Shown: positions 18,772-31,322 of the stretch, piece by piece
Numbering within the stretch: position 1 is the stretch's first letter
Layout: each line of letters starts with the position of its first letter
Notes under the pieces: generated by a model
What the model was told of the DNA's origin: nothing
What the model saw: only the letters and a program-made list of their open reading frames with translations
The model's database searches: none
Position numbers and translations under genes: made by a program
Source: Oligoflexales bacterium
GTDB taxonomy: Bacteria > Bdellovibrionota_B > Oligoflexia > Oligoflexales > JALZUQ01
Length of the DNA: 64,000 bases
Direction: 5' to 3'
Assembly: GCA_023301565.1 (NCBI GenBank)
Contig: JALZUO010000016.1
Location: 6,967-70,966, forward strand

Positions 18772-19802
18772 ATTTTTTTTAAGCTAAAAGCTTTTAAAAA
18801 ATCGTGAACAGAGTTTGCTGCTGAAAGCTCCATATTTTTACGCGACTCTCTAGTAGATGCCCCCATGTGGCAGGTTCCTATAAAGTTTTTTTGGTTTGCT
18901 AGTTTTCCATCATAGGGCTCGCTTATAAAAACATCCATGCCAGCAAAAAAAGAGGCGTTAGATTTTAAAAAAACTTCTAGATCGCTCTCGCAAACAATCC
19001 CGCCCCTACTAGTATTTACCAAAACGCTTTGCTCGCCTAAAAGAGTTAACTCTTCTAGTTGAATATAATTTTTTGTTTCAGAGCTTAATGGGACAGTTAA
19101 AAATAGTGTGTCTGACCATTCGAGTAATTGTTTTTTTTCCAGAAATTCTACCGAAAGCTTTTCTGCAGCTGCATTGTCTGGAGCGATATCTCGAGCTTTC
19201 ACTTTAGCGCCAAACGCCCGGAGTAAAAGGGCTGTGGCCTGCCCTACCCTTCCAAAGCCTACGATTCCGCATTTTCTGTTTTTAAGCATGTAGCCTGTTT
19301 TTCTTTGCCACTGTCCGTGCTTCATAGCCTCCGTGGATAAAGAAACATAGCGCAAGCAATCCAAAACGAAGGCAATGTTTAGTTCGGCAACCGACTGAGT
19401 TGGTCCGTCGGGGCAGTTTGTTACTTTGATGTTTCTTTTTTTGCACTCGTCGAGCGGCACGTTGTCTAAGCCAATTCCAGTACGCGCAATTAACTTTAAA
19501 TTAGGAGAGTTATCTAAAACTTTTGTAGAAATCTTTTCAGTACTTGCGATTAAAACATCACTATTTTTGGAAAGATTTTCCAGCTCGGCTGTAGTTAGGC
19601 GCCTAGAAAAAGGATTTTTCTCAACTGTTAGCCCAGGAATATTTTGCAAAAGTTGCAACGGACCAACATCATACTGTGCAAATGGGTATGTACTTATAAA
19701 TAACTTCAATTTATTCCGCCGAAATTTTGACAGCCCTCTTATAGGGTGATCAAAAATACACCAAAAAAGCGAAGCAGGGTAATTTAGTCTTAGGCTGAGC
19801 AA
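18768..19802 (-). CDS. D-isomer-specific 2-hydroxyacid dehydrogenase family protein; start uncertain
   Basis: NAD-binding GIVGFGRVGQ. Family-typical NTSRGG and C-terminal HMGAST segments. Confidence 0.8.
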   Translation of the reverse strand: MLSLRLNYPASLFWCIFDHPIRGLSKFRRNKLKLFISTYPFAQYDVGPLQLLQNIPGLTVEKNPFSRRLTTAELENLSKNSDVLIASTEKISTKVLDNSPNLKLIARTGIGLDNVPLDECKKRNIKVTNCPDGPTQSVAELNIAFVLDCLRYVSLSTEAMKHGQWQRKTGYMLKNRKCGIVGFGRVGQATALLLRAFGAKVKARDIAPDNAAAEKLSVEFLEKKQLLEWSDTLFLTVPLSSETKNYIQLEELTLLGEQSVLVNTSRGGIVCESDLEVFLKSNASFFAGMDVFISEPYDGKLANQKNFIGTCHMGASTRESRKNMELSAANSVHDFLKAFSLKKI

Positions 19803-19815
19803 AAAGCGAATAAAA

Positions 19816-20958
19816 TTAGCTTTTTAAAACTGGGGCCCCTGAAGGCTCAAACCGCTCAGGGGACAGTGCCCGCTCCCAGGCGTAGACGGGCCTGCCTAAA
19901 AAAGACCTCAAAAGCATCTCGGCAGCAGGTGGGGCCGTCACAAACCCGCTTTTGTGATGACATATATTTAGAGCCAAAAATGGGTCCGTTTGACCAGATA
20001 TTGGCCCGACTATGGGCGCCTGATCTTTTGTTTCATAACGGAGGCCATGCCTAGCTGGCTTCACGCCAGGGTCTTTAGAAAAAGAGGTTTCTACGCTTTC
20101 GCTTCTCCAGAGCAACGGACGGACTTTTCTAATCTCTAACAAAGGCGAGCTTGCGCCGGCTGGCTGTGAAAACAAGAGCCGTGTTTTTGGCGAGGTAATT
20201 TGATCTTTATCTTTAAAGCGCTCAAAAGTGCTAGCGTCACTTTTTACTGAGGCTTTCCAACCCTCAGTAAACTTTATGTTTGTTCCTGTAATTCTTAATC
20301 GAGCCAAGCAGCTATTGGCAAACTCGCCACTTGCAACCACCACCCCGTCATAGGAGCCTAAATTGTCGATACTGCTATTAAAAAGCTGAATTTTTTTGTT
20401 TATGCCAATCTTAAAAGTTTTCACCAGCGTTTCCACAAGTTTTCCACCTTTTTGTAAAAAAGATGTTTTTAAGCACGGCAACAAACTTTCAGGGCTAACC
20501 CAAATATCTTGTTCATACAAAAAATAGCCTGAAGATTCTTTTGCGGTCTTTACTTCCTTCACATTTCCCCAAGATTTTTGGTATTTAATGCGGTTTTTTA
20601 ACACACGGTTAAAGATAGCTTCTCTGGACTCAGGGCTGTCGTAGTATTCGCGAAAACCCTTTTTCCAATCGATCGAAAGGCCAGATTCGCACTCTAGCTC
20701 GGTTAACCAAGCTTCATACCCCTGCAGGCCCTTTGATTTTAGGACATAAGCGGGTTTTGATAAGTGTTCTTTTCCCGTTTCTACTACGCCGCCTTTCAAG
20801 CCGACGTGGCCTATGGCCGCCCAAGAAGCCATGTTGGGGGCGTCTTGTTTACCAAACACGGTTACCTTAATTCCTGACTTAGCAAAATGCCAAGCGGTCG
20901 CAAGGCCAACTACACCAGAGCCTATAACAGCAACCTGTTGTTGGGGTTTAGGCATCAT
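19816..20958 (-). CDS. FAD-dependent oxidoreductase (DAO / glycine-D-amino-acid oxidase-like fold)
   Basis: N-terminal dinucleotide-binding VAVIGSGVVGLATA, 380 aa. Its start overlaps the stop of the upstream gene by 11 nt. Confidence 0.75.
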   Translation of the reverse strand: MMPKPQQQVAVIGSGVVGLATAWHFAKSGIKVTVFGKQDAPNMASWAAIGHVGLKGGVVETGKEHLSKPAYVLKSKGLQGYEAWLTELECESGLSIDWKKGFREYYDSPESREAIFNRVLKNRIKYQKSWGNVKEVKTAKESSGYFLYEQDIWVSPESLLPCLKTSFLQKGGKLVETLVKTFKIGINKKIQLFNSSIDNLGSYDGVVVASGEFANSCLARLRITGTNIKFTEGWKASVKSDASTFERFKDKDQITSPKTRLLFSQPAGASSPLLEIRKVRPLLWRSESVETSFSKDPGVKPARHGLRYETKDQAPIVGPISGQTDPFLALNICHHKSGFVTAPPAAEMLLRSFLGRPVYAWERALSPERFEPSGAPVLKS

Positions 20959-22039
20959 AGGCTTTGTCAGAAGTTAAAGACTGCCAACTGTAGTTAGCTG
21001 CTTTTGCTCTAAGCTCCTGAATTCTTGGATCTAACCGGCGCTTATAAGTTCTGTTTGTTAAAAGAACAAAGTAGCCTTGCGTGCCCGGTTCAACCCAAAA
21101 ACAGCAGCCAGTAAACCCTAAGTGCCCAGCTGCATTGCCGTGTCCAAACACCCTAGAAGACTCGCTTGTAGAAGCCTGCCAACCGTTTAAAAACTCAGGC
21201 TGATCAGAGCTTTTTGGCTCTAATACAAAATCCAAAAGGCCCAAGCTATCTTCTTTTTTAGCTAGCCTTGAAACCAATCTGACTAGGTCAGGCCCACTTG
21301 CAAAGCAACCTGCGTGACCAGCTAACCCTCCTAAAACATATGCATTTTCGTCATGTGGGACGGAAACTACAGTGTCTTTTCGTAGTTTGCAATAAGCAGA
21401 GGGGATACAGGTTTTTGGATCTGGCGAAGGGGTTAAAAAAGCGAACTCTGGGTGAGAGCTGCAAAAATCTTTCCATACTTTTTCCATAGACTTTCCACTG
21501 TCTTGCTCTAAAAGCCGCTGTAAAAAAAGAAAGCCCACATCGCTATAGAGGTAGCTGCCCGGCAAAGAGTTTGTCGGACAAGATGCTGCACGTAGCAAAA
21601 CTCTATCTATATGTTCTGTGATTTGCCGGTGCGACTTTAGCTTTGAAGCACCGTCAGCATCGACCTGGTTGATCCAAAAGTTTTTCCAGGCTGGCAGACC
21701 GCTAGTGTGCCTAAGCAGGTCTATAACCAGAGCTTCGTTACAAAAGTCTGCAGAAGTTTGCTGAGCCAATGAAAAATCAAAAAGGTCTTTCACCTTATTG
21801 TTTAGCTTTGAATTTAGATATTTAAACACAAGCGGTGTTGTCACTAGCGCTTTGTTTAAAGACGCTATGTCAAACTGAAAGTCTTTTTGAGAAGCTTGCT
21901 CGTTTGGGATAGGCGTAGACTGACCGTCGTGCCAAAACTCTTCGTAGAAATCATCTTGCCCTCCAAAGGCAAAGTAAGCGTGCGTACAAAGATCAGGGTG
22001 TTCCGTCATCCAGTTTTGTAAAATACTTTTTTTAACCAA
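20948..22039 (-). CDS. Beta-lactamase-fold serine hydrolase (class C / esterase-like), apparently cytoplasmic
   Basis: SxxK motif ASLNK, a Tyr motif YSDVGF, and C-terminal HLGFTG. I could not see a signal peptide. Confidence 0.7.
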   Translation of the reverse strand: MVKKSILQNWMTEHPDLCTHAYFAFGGQDDFYEEFWHDGQSTPIPNEQASQKDFQFDIASLNKALVTTPLVFKYLNSKLNNKVKDLFDFSLAQQTSADFCNEALVIDLLRHTSGLPAWKNFWINQVDADGASKLKSHRQITEHIDRVLLRAASCPTNSLPGSYLYSDVGFLFLQRLLEQDSGKSMEKVWKDFCSSHPEFAFLTPSPDPKTCIPSAYCKLRKDTVVSVPHDENAYVLGGLAGHAGCFASGPDLVRLVSRLAKKEDSLGLLDFVLEPKSSDQPEFLNGWQASTSESSRVFGHGNAAGHLGFTGCCFWVEPGTQGYFVLLTNRTYKRRLDPRIQELRAKAANYSWQSLTSDKAYDA

Positions 22040-22056
22040 GCTTTACCACTTTCATG

Positions 22057-23592
22057 TTAAGTACTCGCTGCGTTTCTAGCATCTAGCTCTTCTTGCAAAA
22101 CCCGCCGAAGAACCTGGGGGTCAAGGCTTCCGCGGCCTCTCTTCATAGATTCACCCATCAAAAAGCCAAAGCTCTTTTGATTGCCTTGCAGAAAGTCTAA
22201 GGTTGCCTGCTGCTCGGCATCCAAAGTTTCTTTTACTATTTTCAAAATAGAACCGGTATCGGTCTGCTTTAACAGCCCCTCTTCTTGAATAATAATTGAA
22301 GGGTCCTGGCCTGTGTCCCACATCCTTGCCAAAACTTTTTTTCCAGCCCTAGCACTGATCTTGCCAGAATTTAACTGGAGCAGCAGCTCGCAAATATGTG
22401 AAATATTCCAGCTATTCTTACATTTTTTAGAACTGCCCAAGTCAGTTTGAAGCGTCAATTGGTTTTGTTCTACCCCATCATCAAGCTCTTGAGAAGACAG
22501 CTTTTGAATATCTGTACACAGCCATTTAGCCAGTTCTGGCAGAAGCTTTTGCGGCATCACTGGGTTTGTGTTTTTCCGGCATGCTATGTAAAGGCTGTAT
22601 AAACTCTTTTTATCCTTTAAAATACCTGCATATTCTGAAGAAACACCGTCAACCTCGATCAAATTGCGCTCTACTTCATGAGGTAACATCGGGAGTTTCG
22701 CTCTTGTTTCTTCTTTCCAAGCAGAGTCAATTTCTAACTCATTTAAGTCGGGATCAGGAAAATACCTGTAATCATCACTGTCCTCTTTAAGCCTCTGAGT
22801 AAATGTCTTGCCTGTGCTAGCATCAAACCCCACTGTTTGCTGGATGATTTTTTCTCCACTTAAGAGGGTGTCGACATGCCGCATAATCTCGTAATTGCAG
22901 GCTTTTTCTAGGTTCCTGAAAGAGTTTAAATTTTTAACTTCCGTTCTTGTACCAAGCTCTGTAGCGCCTTCTTTTGCCAAAGACACATTTAAGTCACAGC
23001 GCAAAGAGCCCTCTTCTAGATTTCCGTCACAAACCCCAATGGCTCGGACTATATCGTAGACAAACCTAAACGTTGCAGCTGCATCCTCAGGGCTATGAAT
23101 CTGAGGTTTTGTTACAATCTCGATCAAAGCAGAGCCGGCCCGATTCAAGTCTACGGCACTTGCATCGTCGAGGTGAATGTTTTTACCAGCATCTTCTTCA
23201 ATGTGGACGCGCTCTAAATCGACGCAAAGCCTGTTGGAGACTAACAGCTTGCCGCCCAAACAGTACGGGTATTCAAACTGCGTTATCTGGTAGCCTTTGG
23301 GCAAATCCGGATAGAAATATTGTTTGCGAGAAAACTCGCTTTTTTCTGCAACGTGTCCATCTACAGCAAATGCAAAAAGCATGGCTTTTTCCACAACAGT
23401 TTTGTTTAACCGCGGAAGGGCTCCGGGAAGACCCAAACAAACAGGGCAAACATTTGTATTTGGAGTGTCGCCGTAACTGTTTGGACAGCCGCAAAATAAC
23501 TTGCTTTTAGCGTTTAATCTGCAGTGAATCTCAAGACCAATAGTTGGGACAAAACCGCTATATGTCTTTATAGGTGTATCTTGATGTCTCAT
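22057..23592 (-). CDS. gatB: Asp/Glu-tRNA amidotransferase subunit B
   Basis: Start moved to the ATG at 23592, which forms an ATGA overlap with the gatA stop. N-terminus PTIGLEIHCRLN is typical. Confidence 0.93.
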   Translation of the reverse strand: MRHQDTPIKTYSGFVPTIGLEIHCRLNAKSKLFCGCPNSYGDTPNTNVCPVCLGLPGALPRLNKTVVEKAMLFAFAVDGHVAEKSEFSRKQYFYPDLPKGYQITQFEYPYCLGGKLLVSNRLCVDLERVHIEEDAGKNIHLDDASAVDLNRAGSALIEIVTKPQIHSPEDAAATFRFVYDIVRAIGVCDGNLEEGSLRCDLNVSLAKEGATELGTRTEVKNLNSFRNLEKACNYEIMRHVDTLLSGEKIIQQTVGFDASTGKTFTQRLKEDSDDYRYFPDPDLNELEIDSAWKEETRAKLPMLPHEVERNLIEVDGVSSEYAGILKDKKSLYSLYIACRKNTNPVMPQKLLPELAKWLCTDIQKLSSQELDDGVEQNQLTLQTDLGSSKKCKNSWNISHICELLLQLNSGKISARAGKKVLARMWDTGQDPSIIIQEEGLLKQTDTGSILKIVKETLDAEQQATLDFLQGNQKSFGFLMGESMKRGRGSLDPQVLRRVLQEELDARNAAST

Positions 23593-25049
23593 GATAAGTA
23601 CTCCTGCCACACGCTACCAGCCAGGGACGTACCAAGATCGTCGCAGCTTGAAAGCCCAGCAATGCTACGTTCAAACTCCAAGATGTTTTGATCACTTCCG
23701 TAGGGTCCGACCAGCTGCATCCCTATTGGTAAAGGGCCATCTTCGTTTGTTACAGGAAAGCTCAGAGCCGGAAGCTCTGCAAGGTTTGCTGGGATCGTAA
23801 AAAGATCGTTCAAGTACATGGCCAAAGGGTTGTCTGCGTTTTCGCCTAGCTTAAAAGCTGTGCTTGGCGTGGTTGGTAAAAACAAATAATCACACTCTAA
23901 AAATATCTTTTGAAACTCACGCCTGAGCATAGAGCGGGCCTGGTTAGCCTTGCGGTAATATGCTTCTTGATAACCTGCACTAAGCACATAGGTGCCTGTT
24001 ATAATTCTTCTTTTGACTTCACTACCAAAATACTTAGAACGTGTTTTACAAAAAACTTCTTCTAGTGTTTTGGCCGACGGCTCTCTTTGGCCGTAGCGTA
24101 CCCCGTCAAACCTCGCAAGGTTTGCTGCAGCTTCTGCGGGAGCTAAAATGTAGTAAATGGATAAGCACTCTTTGATTCCCTTTGGATTAACCGTCACAAG
24201 CTCAAACCCTTTAGACTCAATTGAACTTAAGCACCGCTGATAAGCTGAAAAAACTTCAGGTGAACAGTCCTTTAAAAGATCTTCGCTTAAAACAGCGACT
24301 TTGTTTTTTGCAGCCGCAGCTTTAAACTCTATGTTCCGCGTGGAGTCGTCAAAAGGATCTACCCCTTCAAGAACACCATAAAGTTTTTGAATGTCTATAT
24401 TTGAGCGTGCAAACGGTCCAATCTGATCAAGGCTCGATGCGAAAGCTACGAGTCCGTAACGAGAAACACGTCCATAACTTGGCTTAAACCCATAAACACC
24501 CGTAAATGCGGCTGGTTGCCTAATTGAACCGCCCGTATCACTGCCAAGTGAAAGCGGCAACCCACCACCTGCTACAGCTGCAGCGCTTGCCCCAGAAGAT
24601 CCGCCCGGAACACGCTGTAAATCTTTTGGATTTTTCACAGCCCCATAAGCAGAGTTCTCATTAGAAGAACCCATTGCAAACTCGTCCATATTTAACTTGC
24701 AAAACCTTATAGCTCCGGCTTCTGCAAGCTTTGTAGAAACCGTTGCCTCATAGGGTGACTGATAGTTTTCGAGTATTTTTGAAGCACAGGTTGTTTTAGT
24801 GCCTTTCACGTTAATATTGTCTTTGATACCAACCGGCACACCTAACAAGGGTAGGTTTGCTGCCCCCTTGCTTTCTATAAGTCCCTGAACGCGTTGTATC
24901 TCTTGATCTAGGTATGCATCTTCTTGCCACAAAGTGGTGTGGCAGCTTTTATGCACGATTGCCATCGCACGCTTAGCGACATCTACGCTGCTTTTTATTT
25001 TGCTGTGGTCAGCAACATGCATCTGAACCAGTTTTTCTACAAAAGTCAT
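23589..25049 (-). CDS. gatA: Asp/Glu-tRNA amidotransferase subunit A
   Basis: Amidase signature GGSSGASAAAVA. Sits in gatC-gatA-gatB order. Confidence 0.93.
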   Translation of the reverse strand: MTFVEKLVQMHVADHSKIKSSVDVAKRAMAIVHKSCHTTLWQEDAYLDQEIQRVQGLIESKGAANLPLLGVPVGIKDNINVKGTKTTCASKILENYQSPYEATVSTKLAEAGAIRFCKLNMDEFAMGSSNENSAYGAVKNPKDLQRVPGGSSGASAAAVAGGGLPLSLGSDTGGSIRQPAAFTGVYGFKPSYGRVSRYGLVAFASSLDQIGPFARSNIDIQKLYGVLEGVDPFDDSTRNIEFKAAAAKNKVAVLSEDLLKDCSPEVFSAYQRCLSSIESKGFELVTVNPKGIKECLSIYYILAPAEAAANLARFDGVRYGQREPSAKTLEEVFCKTRSKYFGSEVKRRIITGTYVLSAGYQEAYYRKANQARSMLRREFQKIFLECDYLFLPTTPSTAFKLGENADNPLAMYLNDLFTIPANLAELPALSFPVTNEDGPLPIGMQLVGPYGSDQNILEFERSIAGLSSCDDLGTSLAGSVWQEYLS

Positions 25050-25060
25050 CTATTATAGCC

Positions 25061-25360
25061 TTATAATACGCGAGGAACACCAAATGCAGAGCCAAGGCGG
25101 CAAGGGCTTTGCTCCAAAACCTTTTCGATAGAAAGCACTTGGTTTACAATTTCATCATTTCTTAAGCCCTGTTTTTTTGCACAAAGCTTATCAGAGCCTT
25201 TGCTTAAAGGGGTTTTTTCACTTTCTTTTATTTCAAGAGCAGCAAGTTCAGCAAAGCGGCCTACTAGCTTTTTTAAATCAGCTTCCAAAGAGATCTTTTC
25301 TTTGGGCGGAAGGTCTAGTTTTGCTAGTTTTTCTAAATGCTTTAGGTTGATTTGAGTCAA
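25061..25360 (-). CDS. gatC: Asp/Glu-tRNA amidotransferase subunit C
   Basis: 99 aa, TTG start with an upstream GAGAGGG, immediately upstream of gatA. Typical LAKLDL...E..L N-terminal pattern. Confidence 0.8.
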   Translation of the reverse strand: MTQINLKHLEKLAKLDLPPKEKISLEADLKKLVGRFAELAALEIKESEKTPLSKGSDKLCAKKQGLRNDEIVNQVLSIEKVLEQSPCRLGSAFGVPRVL

Positions 25361-25395
25361 AAGGTATACCCTCTCAATTTTAAGGAAGAAAAAAT

Positions 25396-26097
25396 TTAGT
25401 CTATAAAGTGTAAAAACTGTTCTTTAGGCATCCGCATTCTTGGGCCGTAGATACCTTCTGGATCTTTTTTTCCACAACTTATCACCATTACAACTCTGGC
25501 TTGACCTTTAATTGCTAGAGCTTTTTTCACTCGAACCTCGTCGAAACCCTCCATAGGGCAGCTGTCGTAGCCAAGGGCAGATACTGCATTCATAAAATTC
25601 TGGCACGCTAAAGCTGTTGTTTTTACAACGGTCATCTCAACAGCGCGGTTAGAAAAAGGACCTCGCGGAACAGGTTTAAAAAAACCCTGGAAGGTCACAA
25701 CTAATTTTTTAACCAAGCCAAAAACACCCAGCGGCCCATGGCTGTAAACAAGAGGAACAAGCTTTTTATAATAAGAAAGCACCTGCGGATCGGTTACACC
25801 GTTTCGTTCAAAGGCCTCTAACACTTGGCCTTGAACTTGTCTCCAGCGATCTCTTCTAGCTACTGCAACAACAAGAGCAGCCGCTGTTTTTGCGCTAGGC
25901 TGAGACAAGCATGCCGCCGCTAGCTCTGCTTTTTTATCTGCATTTGTCACACAAAAAAATTCCCATGGCTGCATGTTTGAAGAGTTTGGGGCTAGCAGCG
26001 CCGCCTCCAAACTCTTGACCAAGACCTCTTTAGGGACAGGAGTGCTATTATACTTACGCACACTTCTTCTTGTATCAACAACATCAAAAAAATCCAT
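25396..26097 (-). CDS. Nitroreductase family protein
   Basis: N-terminal RRSVRKY motif, 233 aa, typical NAD(P)H-flavin nitroreductase length. Confidence 0.8.
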   Translation of the reverse strand: MDFFDVVDTRRSVRKYNSTPVPKEVLVKSLEAALLAPNSSNMQPWEFFCVTNADKKAELAAACLSQPSAKTAAALVVAVARRDRWRQVQGQVLEAFERNGVTDPQVLSYYKKLVPLVYSHGPLGVFGLVKKLVVTFQGFFKPVPRGPFSNRAVEMTVVKTTALACQNFMNAVSALGYDSCPMEGFDEVRVKKALAIKGQARVVMVISCGKKDPEGIYGPRMRMPKEQFLHFID

Positions 26098-26236
26098 TTA
26101 ACCCTCATATCTCACTCAAAGGTAGCTGATGGCATTCACAGTGCTCCACCAAAAAGGTCAGTTAAGCTAGAGACTTCCCCACTTTCCGCAGGAAGCCTCT
26201 TGCCTAAACTGACTTTAAATCCTTTTAACTTACTTT

Positions 26237-28729
26237 CTAGGCGTCTTCCGTCGCGCCTTCGCCCTCTTCGCTGTCAACATCTTCGCTTCCGGTCTCTTCA
26301 CCAGCTTCATCTTTTACTTTACAGATGCTGATAACTTTTTCTCCGGGGTCAACATTAATTAGTTTCACGCCCGAAGTTACCCGGCCAATCACACCAATTT
26401 CATTAACCTTAAAGCGAACAAGTTTTCCGCTAGAAGTCATAATCATCAGGTCATCGTTTTCACGAACCTGAGAAACTCCAATGACAGGCCCATTACGGTC
26501 TGTAACCTTAATCGTATAAATGCCCTTACCACCACGGCTTTGCTGGCGGTAGCCTTCTAGCTTAGAGCGCTTTCCGTAACCTTTTTCGCAGACTGTAAGG
26601 ACAGTTGCGTCACCGTTTATAACCTCAAGAGCTACGATGCGGTCATCTTCACCACCAAGCTTCATTCCGGTAACACCCCTAGATGCGCGGCCCATACTCC
26701 TAACATCGTTAGAACTAAAGCGAATCGACTTGCCTTCACGAGACACCAAGATTACATCTTTTTCACCCTCAACCTTTGCACAGCTAACCAAAGAGTCGCC
26801 TTCATCGAGCTTTAGCCCTATGATTCCAGACTCTCTAATTTTCGAGTAGGCCATCAAGTCAGTCTTTTTGATGTAGCCGTTTCTAGTTACAGACATGACG
26901 TACGAGCCTTCGCTGAACTCTTTAACCGGCATAATAGATACTACGACTTCTCCATCCGCCAGCTTTAATAGGCTCGCCAAGTGCGCCCCTTTGGACCGTA
27001 AGGCTGCTTCTGGTATGCGGTAGACCATCAGACTATAAACACGCCCCCTGCTTGTGAAGCACAAGAGTGGCTGGTGGTTACTTGACTGGAATACGTCTTT
27101 TACAAAGTCTTCGCCACGGGTAAGCATCCCACTTTTACCTTTGCCACCACGTTTTTGTGCTTTGATTTGGTCTGTAGGCGTTCGCTTGATGTAGCCGCCA
27201 TTTGTTACAGTTACAGCTACCACTTCGTCTGCCACAAGCTTTTCCATAGTAAAATGATCGGCTGCAGCTGCGCGTATCTCTGTTTTTCTTTCGTCAGCAA
27301 AGTTTTCCCTTAGGTGGATTAGGTCCGTTTTGATGATTTCAGTGACGCGTTCACGCTTGTCTAGGATGTCTTTTAAGTCTTTGATGGCTTCCAAAATTTC
27401 ATTGTATTCTTTAACGATTTTCTCGCGTTCCAGGCCTGTGAGCTTGGCAAGGCGCATGTCCAAAATAGCTTTTGCCTGAATTTCAGAAAACTCAAACGTC
27501 TCTATCAGCTTAGCTTGAGCCGTGGCTGTGTCAGAACTCTGTCGGATAGTCGAGACGACATCATCGACATTTTCCACCGCTCTTTTAAGCCCCAAAAGTA
27601 TGTGTGCTTTTTCTTCTGCTTTTCGTAGTTCAAATGCAGTCCTACGAAGTACGACCTCTCTTCTGTGTTGATAGAAGTTGTAAAGAATCTCTTTTAGGTT
27701 CAGAATTTTAGGAACGCCTTTAACAAGCGCTACCATGTTTATGCCAAAGGTAGACTGCAGTGCAGTAGCTTTGTAAAGGTTGTTGAGCATGATCTCGCCC
27801 ATTTCACCCCTTTTAAGCTCTATTACAATACGGATTTCATTCTGTGACGACTCATCGCGGATATCCGATATGCCTTCAATCTTTTTTTGCCTAACTAGGT
27901 CTGCAGTTTTTTCTAGTAATCTTGCCTTGTTAACCTGGTATGGAAGCTCAGTAACAATGATACGTTGCCGGCCAGACTTAGTATCTTCCACCTCCGCGCG
28001 TGCACGCATTACAACCGATCCACGCCCAGTCTTATAAGCACTAATAATTCCCGCGCGGCCATGAATGATCCCTTTTGTAGGAAAGTCCGGGCCCTTTACG
28101 TACTGCAAAAGTTCGTCAATAGAAACCGCTGGGTTTTCTATCAAAGCCTCGAGCGCGTCTATCACTTCATTCATATTATGCGGTGGAATATTCGTAGCCA
28201 TACCAACTGCGATTCCAGAGGTTCCGTTGATTAAAAGCTGTGGAACCTTTGTGGGTAAAACAACTGGTTCAAATTCTTTACCGTCGTAGTTAGGTACAAA
28301 GTCCACAGTTTCTTTATCAAGGTCTTGCAGCAAAAGCTCTGTAAGCTTCTGCAGTTTTACTTCGGTATAACGCATGGCAGCCGGAGGATCTCCATCGACA
28401 GAGCCAAAATTGCCTTGTCCGTTAACCAGAAGGTAGCGGGTCGAAAAGTCTTGAGCCAAACGAACCATTGCATAATAGACAGCCGAATCGCCGTGAGGGT
28501 GATACTTACCAATCACATCACCAACAATACGCGCTGACTTTAAAAAAGACTTGTTGTGATAGTTTCTAAGCCCGTGCATAGCATAAAGAATTCTTCTATG
28601 AACCGGCTTTAGTCCGTCACGAACATCTGGAAGCGCACGTGAAACAATGACCGACATAGAGTAGTCAAGAAACGAGTTTTTAAGCTCGTCTGCAATATTA
28701 ATCGACTGTATTTGAATGTTTTGGTCCAT
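26237..28729 (-). CDS. gyrA: DNA gyrase subunit A
   Basis: [24 protein letters not shown], the active-site region, C-terminal beta-pinwheel repeats and an acidic tail. Confidence 0.97.
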   Translation of the reverse strand: MDQNIQIQSINIADELKNSFLDYSMSVIVSRALPDVRDGLKPVHRRILYAMHGLRNYHNKSFLKSARIVGDVIGKYHPHGDSAVYYAMVRLAQDFSTRYLLVNGQGNFGSVDGDPPAAMRYTEVKLQKLTELLLQDLDKETVDFVPNYDGKEFEPVVLPTKVPQLLINGTSGIAVGMATNIPPHNMNEVIDALEALIENPAVSIDELLQYVKGPDFPTKGIIHGRAGIISAYKTGRGSVVMRARAEVEDTKSGRQRIIVTELPYQVNKARLLEKTADLVRQKKIEGISDIRDESSQNEIRIVIELKRGEMGEIMLNNLYKATALQSTFGINMVALVKGVPKILNLKEILYNFYQHRREVVLRRTAFELRKAEEKAHILLGLKRAVENVDDVVSTIRQSSDTATAQAKLIETFEFSEIQAKAILDMRLAKLTGLEREKIVKEYNEILEAIKDLKDILDKRERVTEIIKTDLIHLRENFADERKTEIRAAAADHFTMEKLVADEVVAVTVTNGGYIKRTPTDQIKAQKRGGKGKSGMLTRGEDFVKDVFQSSNHQPLLCFTSRGRVYSLMVYRIPEAALRSKGAHLASLLKLADGEVVVSIMPVKEFSEGSYVMSVTRNGYIKKTDLMAYSKIRESGIIGLKLDEGDSLVSCAKVEGEKDVILVSREGKSIRFSSNDVRSMGRASRGVTGMKLGGEDDRIVALEVINGDATVLTVCEKGYGKRSKLEGYRQQSRGGKGIYTIKVTDRNGPVIGVSQVRENDDLMIMTSSGKLVRFKVNEIGVIGRVTSGVKLINVDPGEKVISICKVKDEAGEETGSEDVDSEEGEGATEDA

Positions 28730-28780
28730 ATTTTTCCCTGATTTAACCTGCTTTGATTGCTTTTACAGTTAAAACTAAAT

Positions 28781-31282
<2,502 letters not shown>

Positions 31283-31322
31283 TCAAATTGCCTCTTTGTA
31301 AGGTAACTGCTTTTTATCACTT

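Noticed and set aside
14104-22039. Possible tRNA-Ser-targeted genomic island carrying the glycopolymer cluster
   Set aside because: I found no integrase, no transposase, and no direct repeat of the tRNA 3' end at the far boundary. The cluster also runs straight into gatCAB with a 17-nt gap. It looks like a chromosomal polysaccharide locus rather than a mobile island.
26130-26144. Sigma-54-like -24/-12 element TGGCATTCACAGTGC on the + strand
   Set aside because: The GG and GC spacing fits, but the -12 region is imperfect. There is also no + strand gene downstream, since it faces the 3' end of gyrA.
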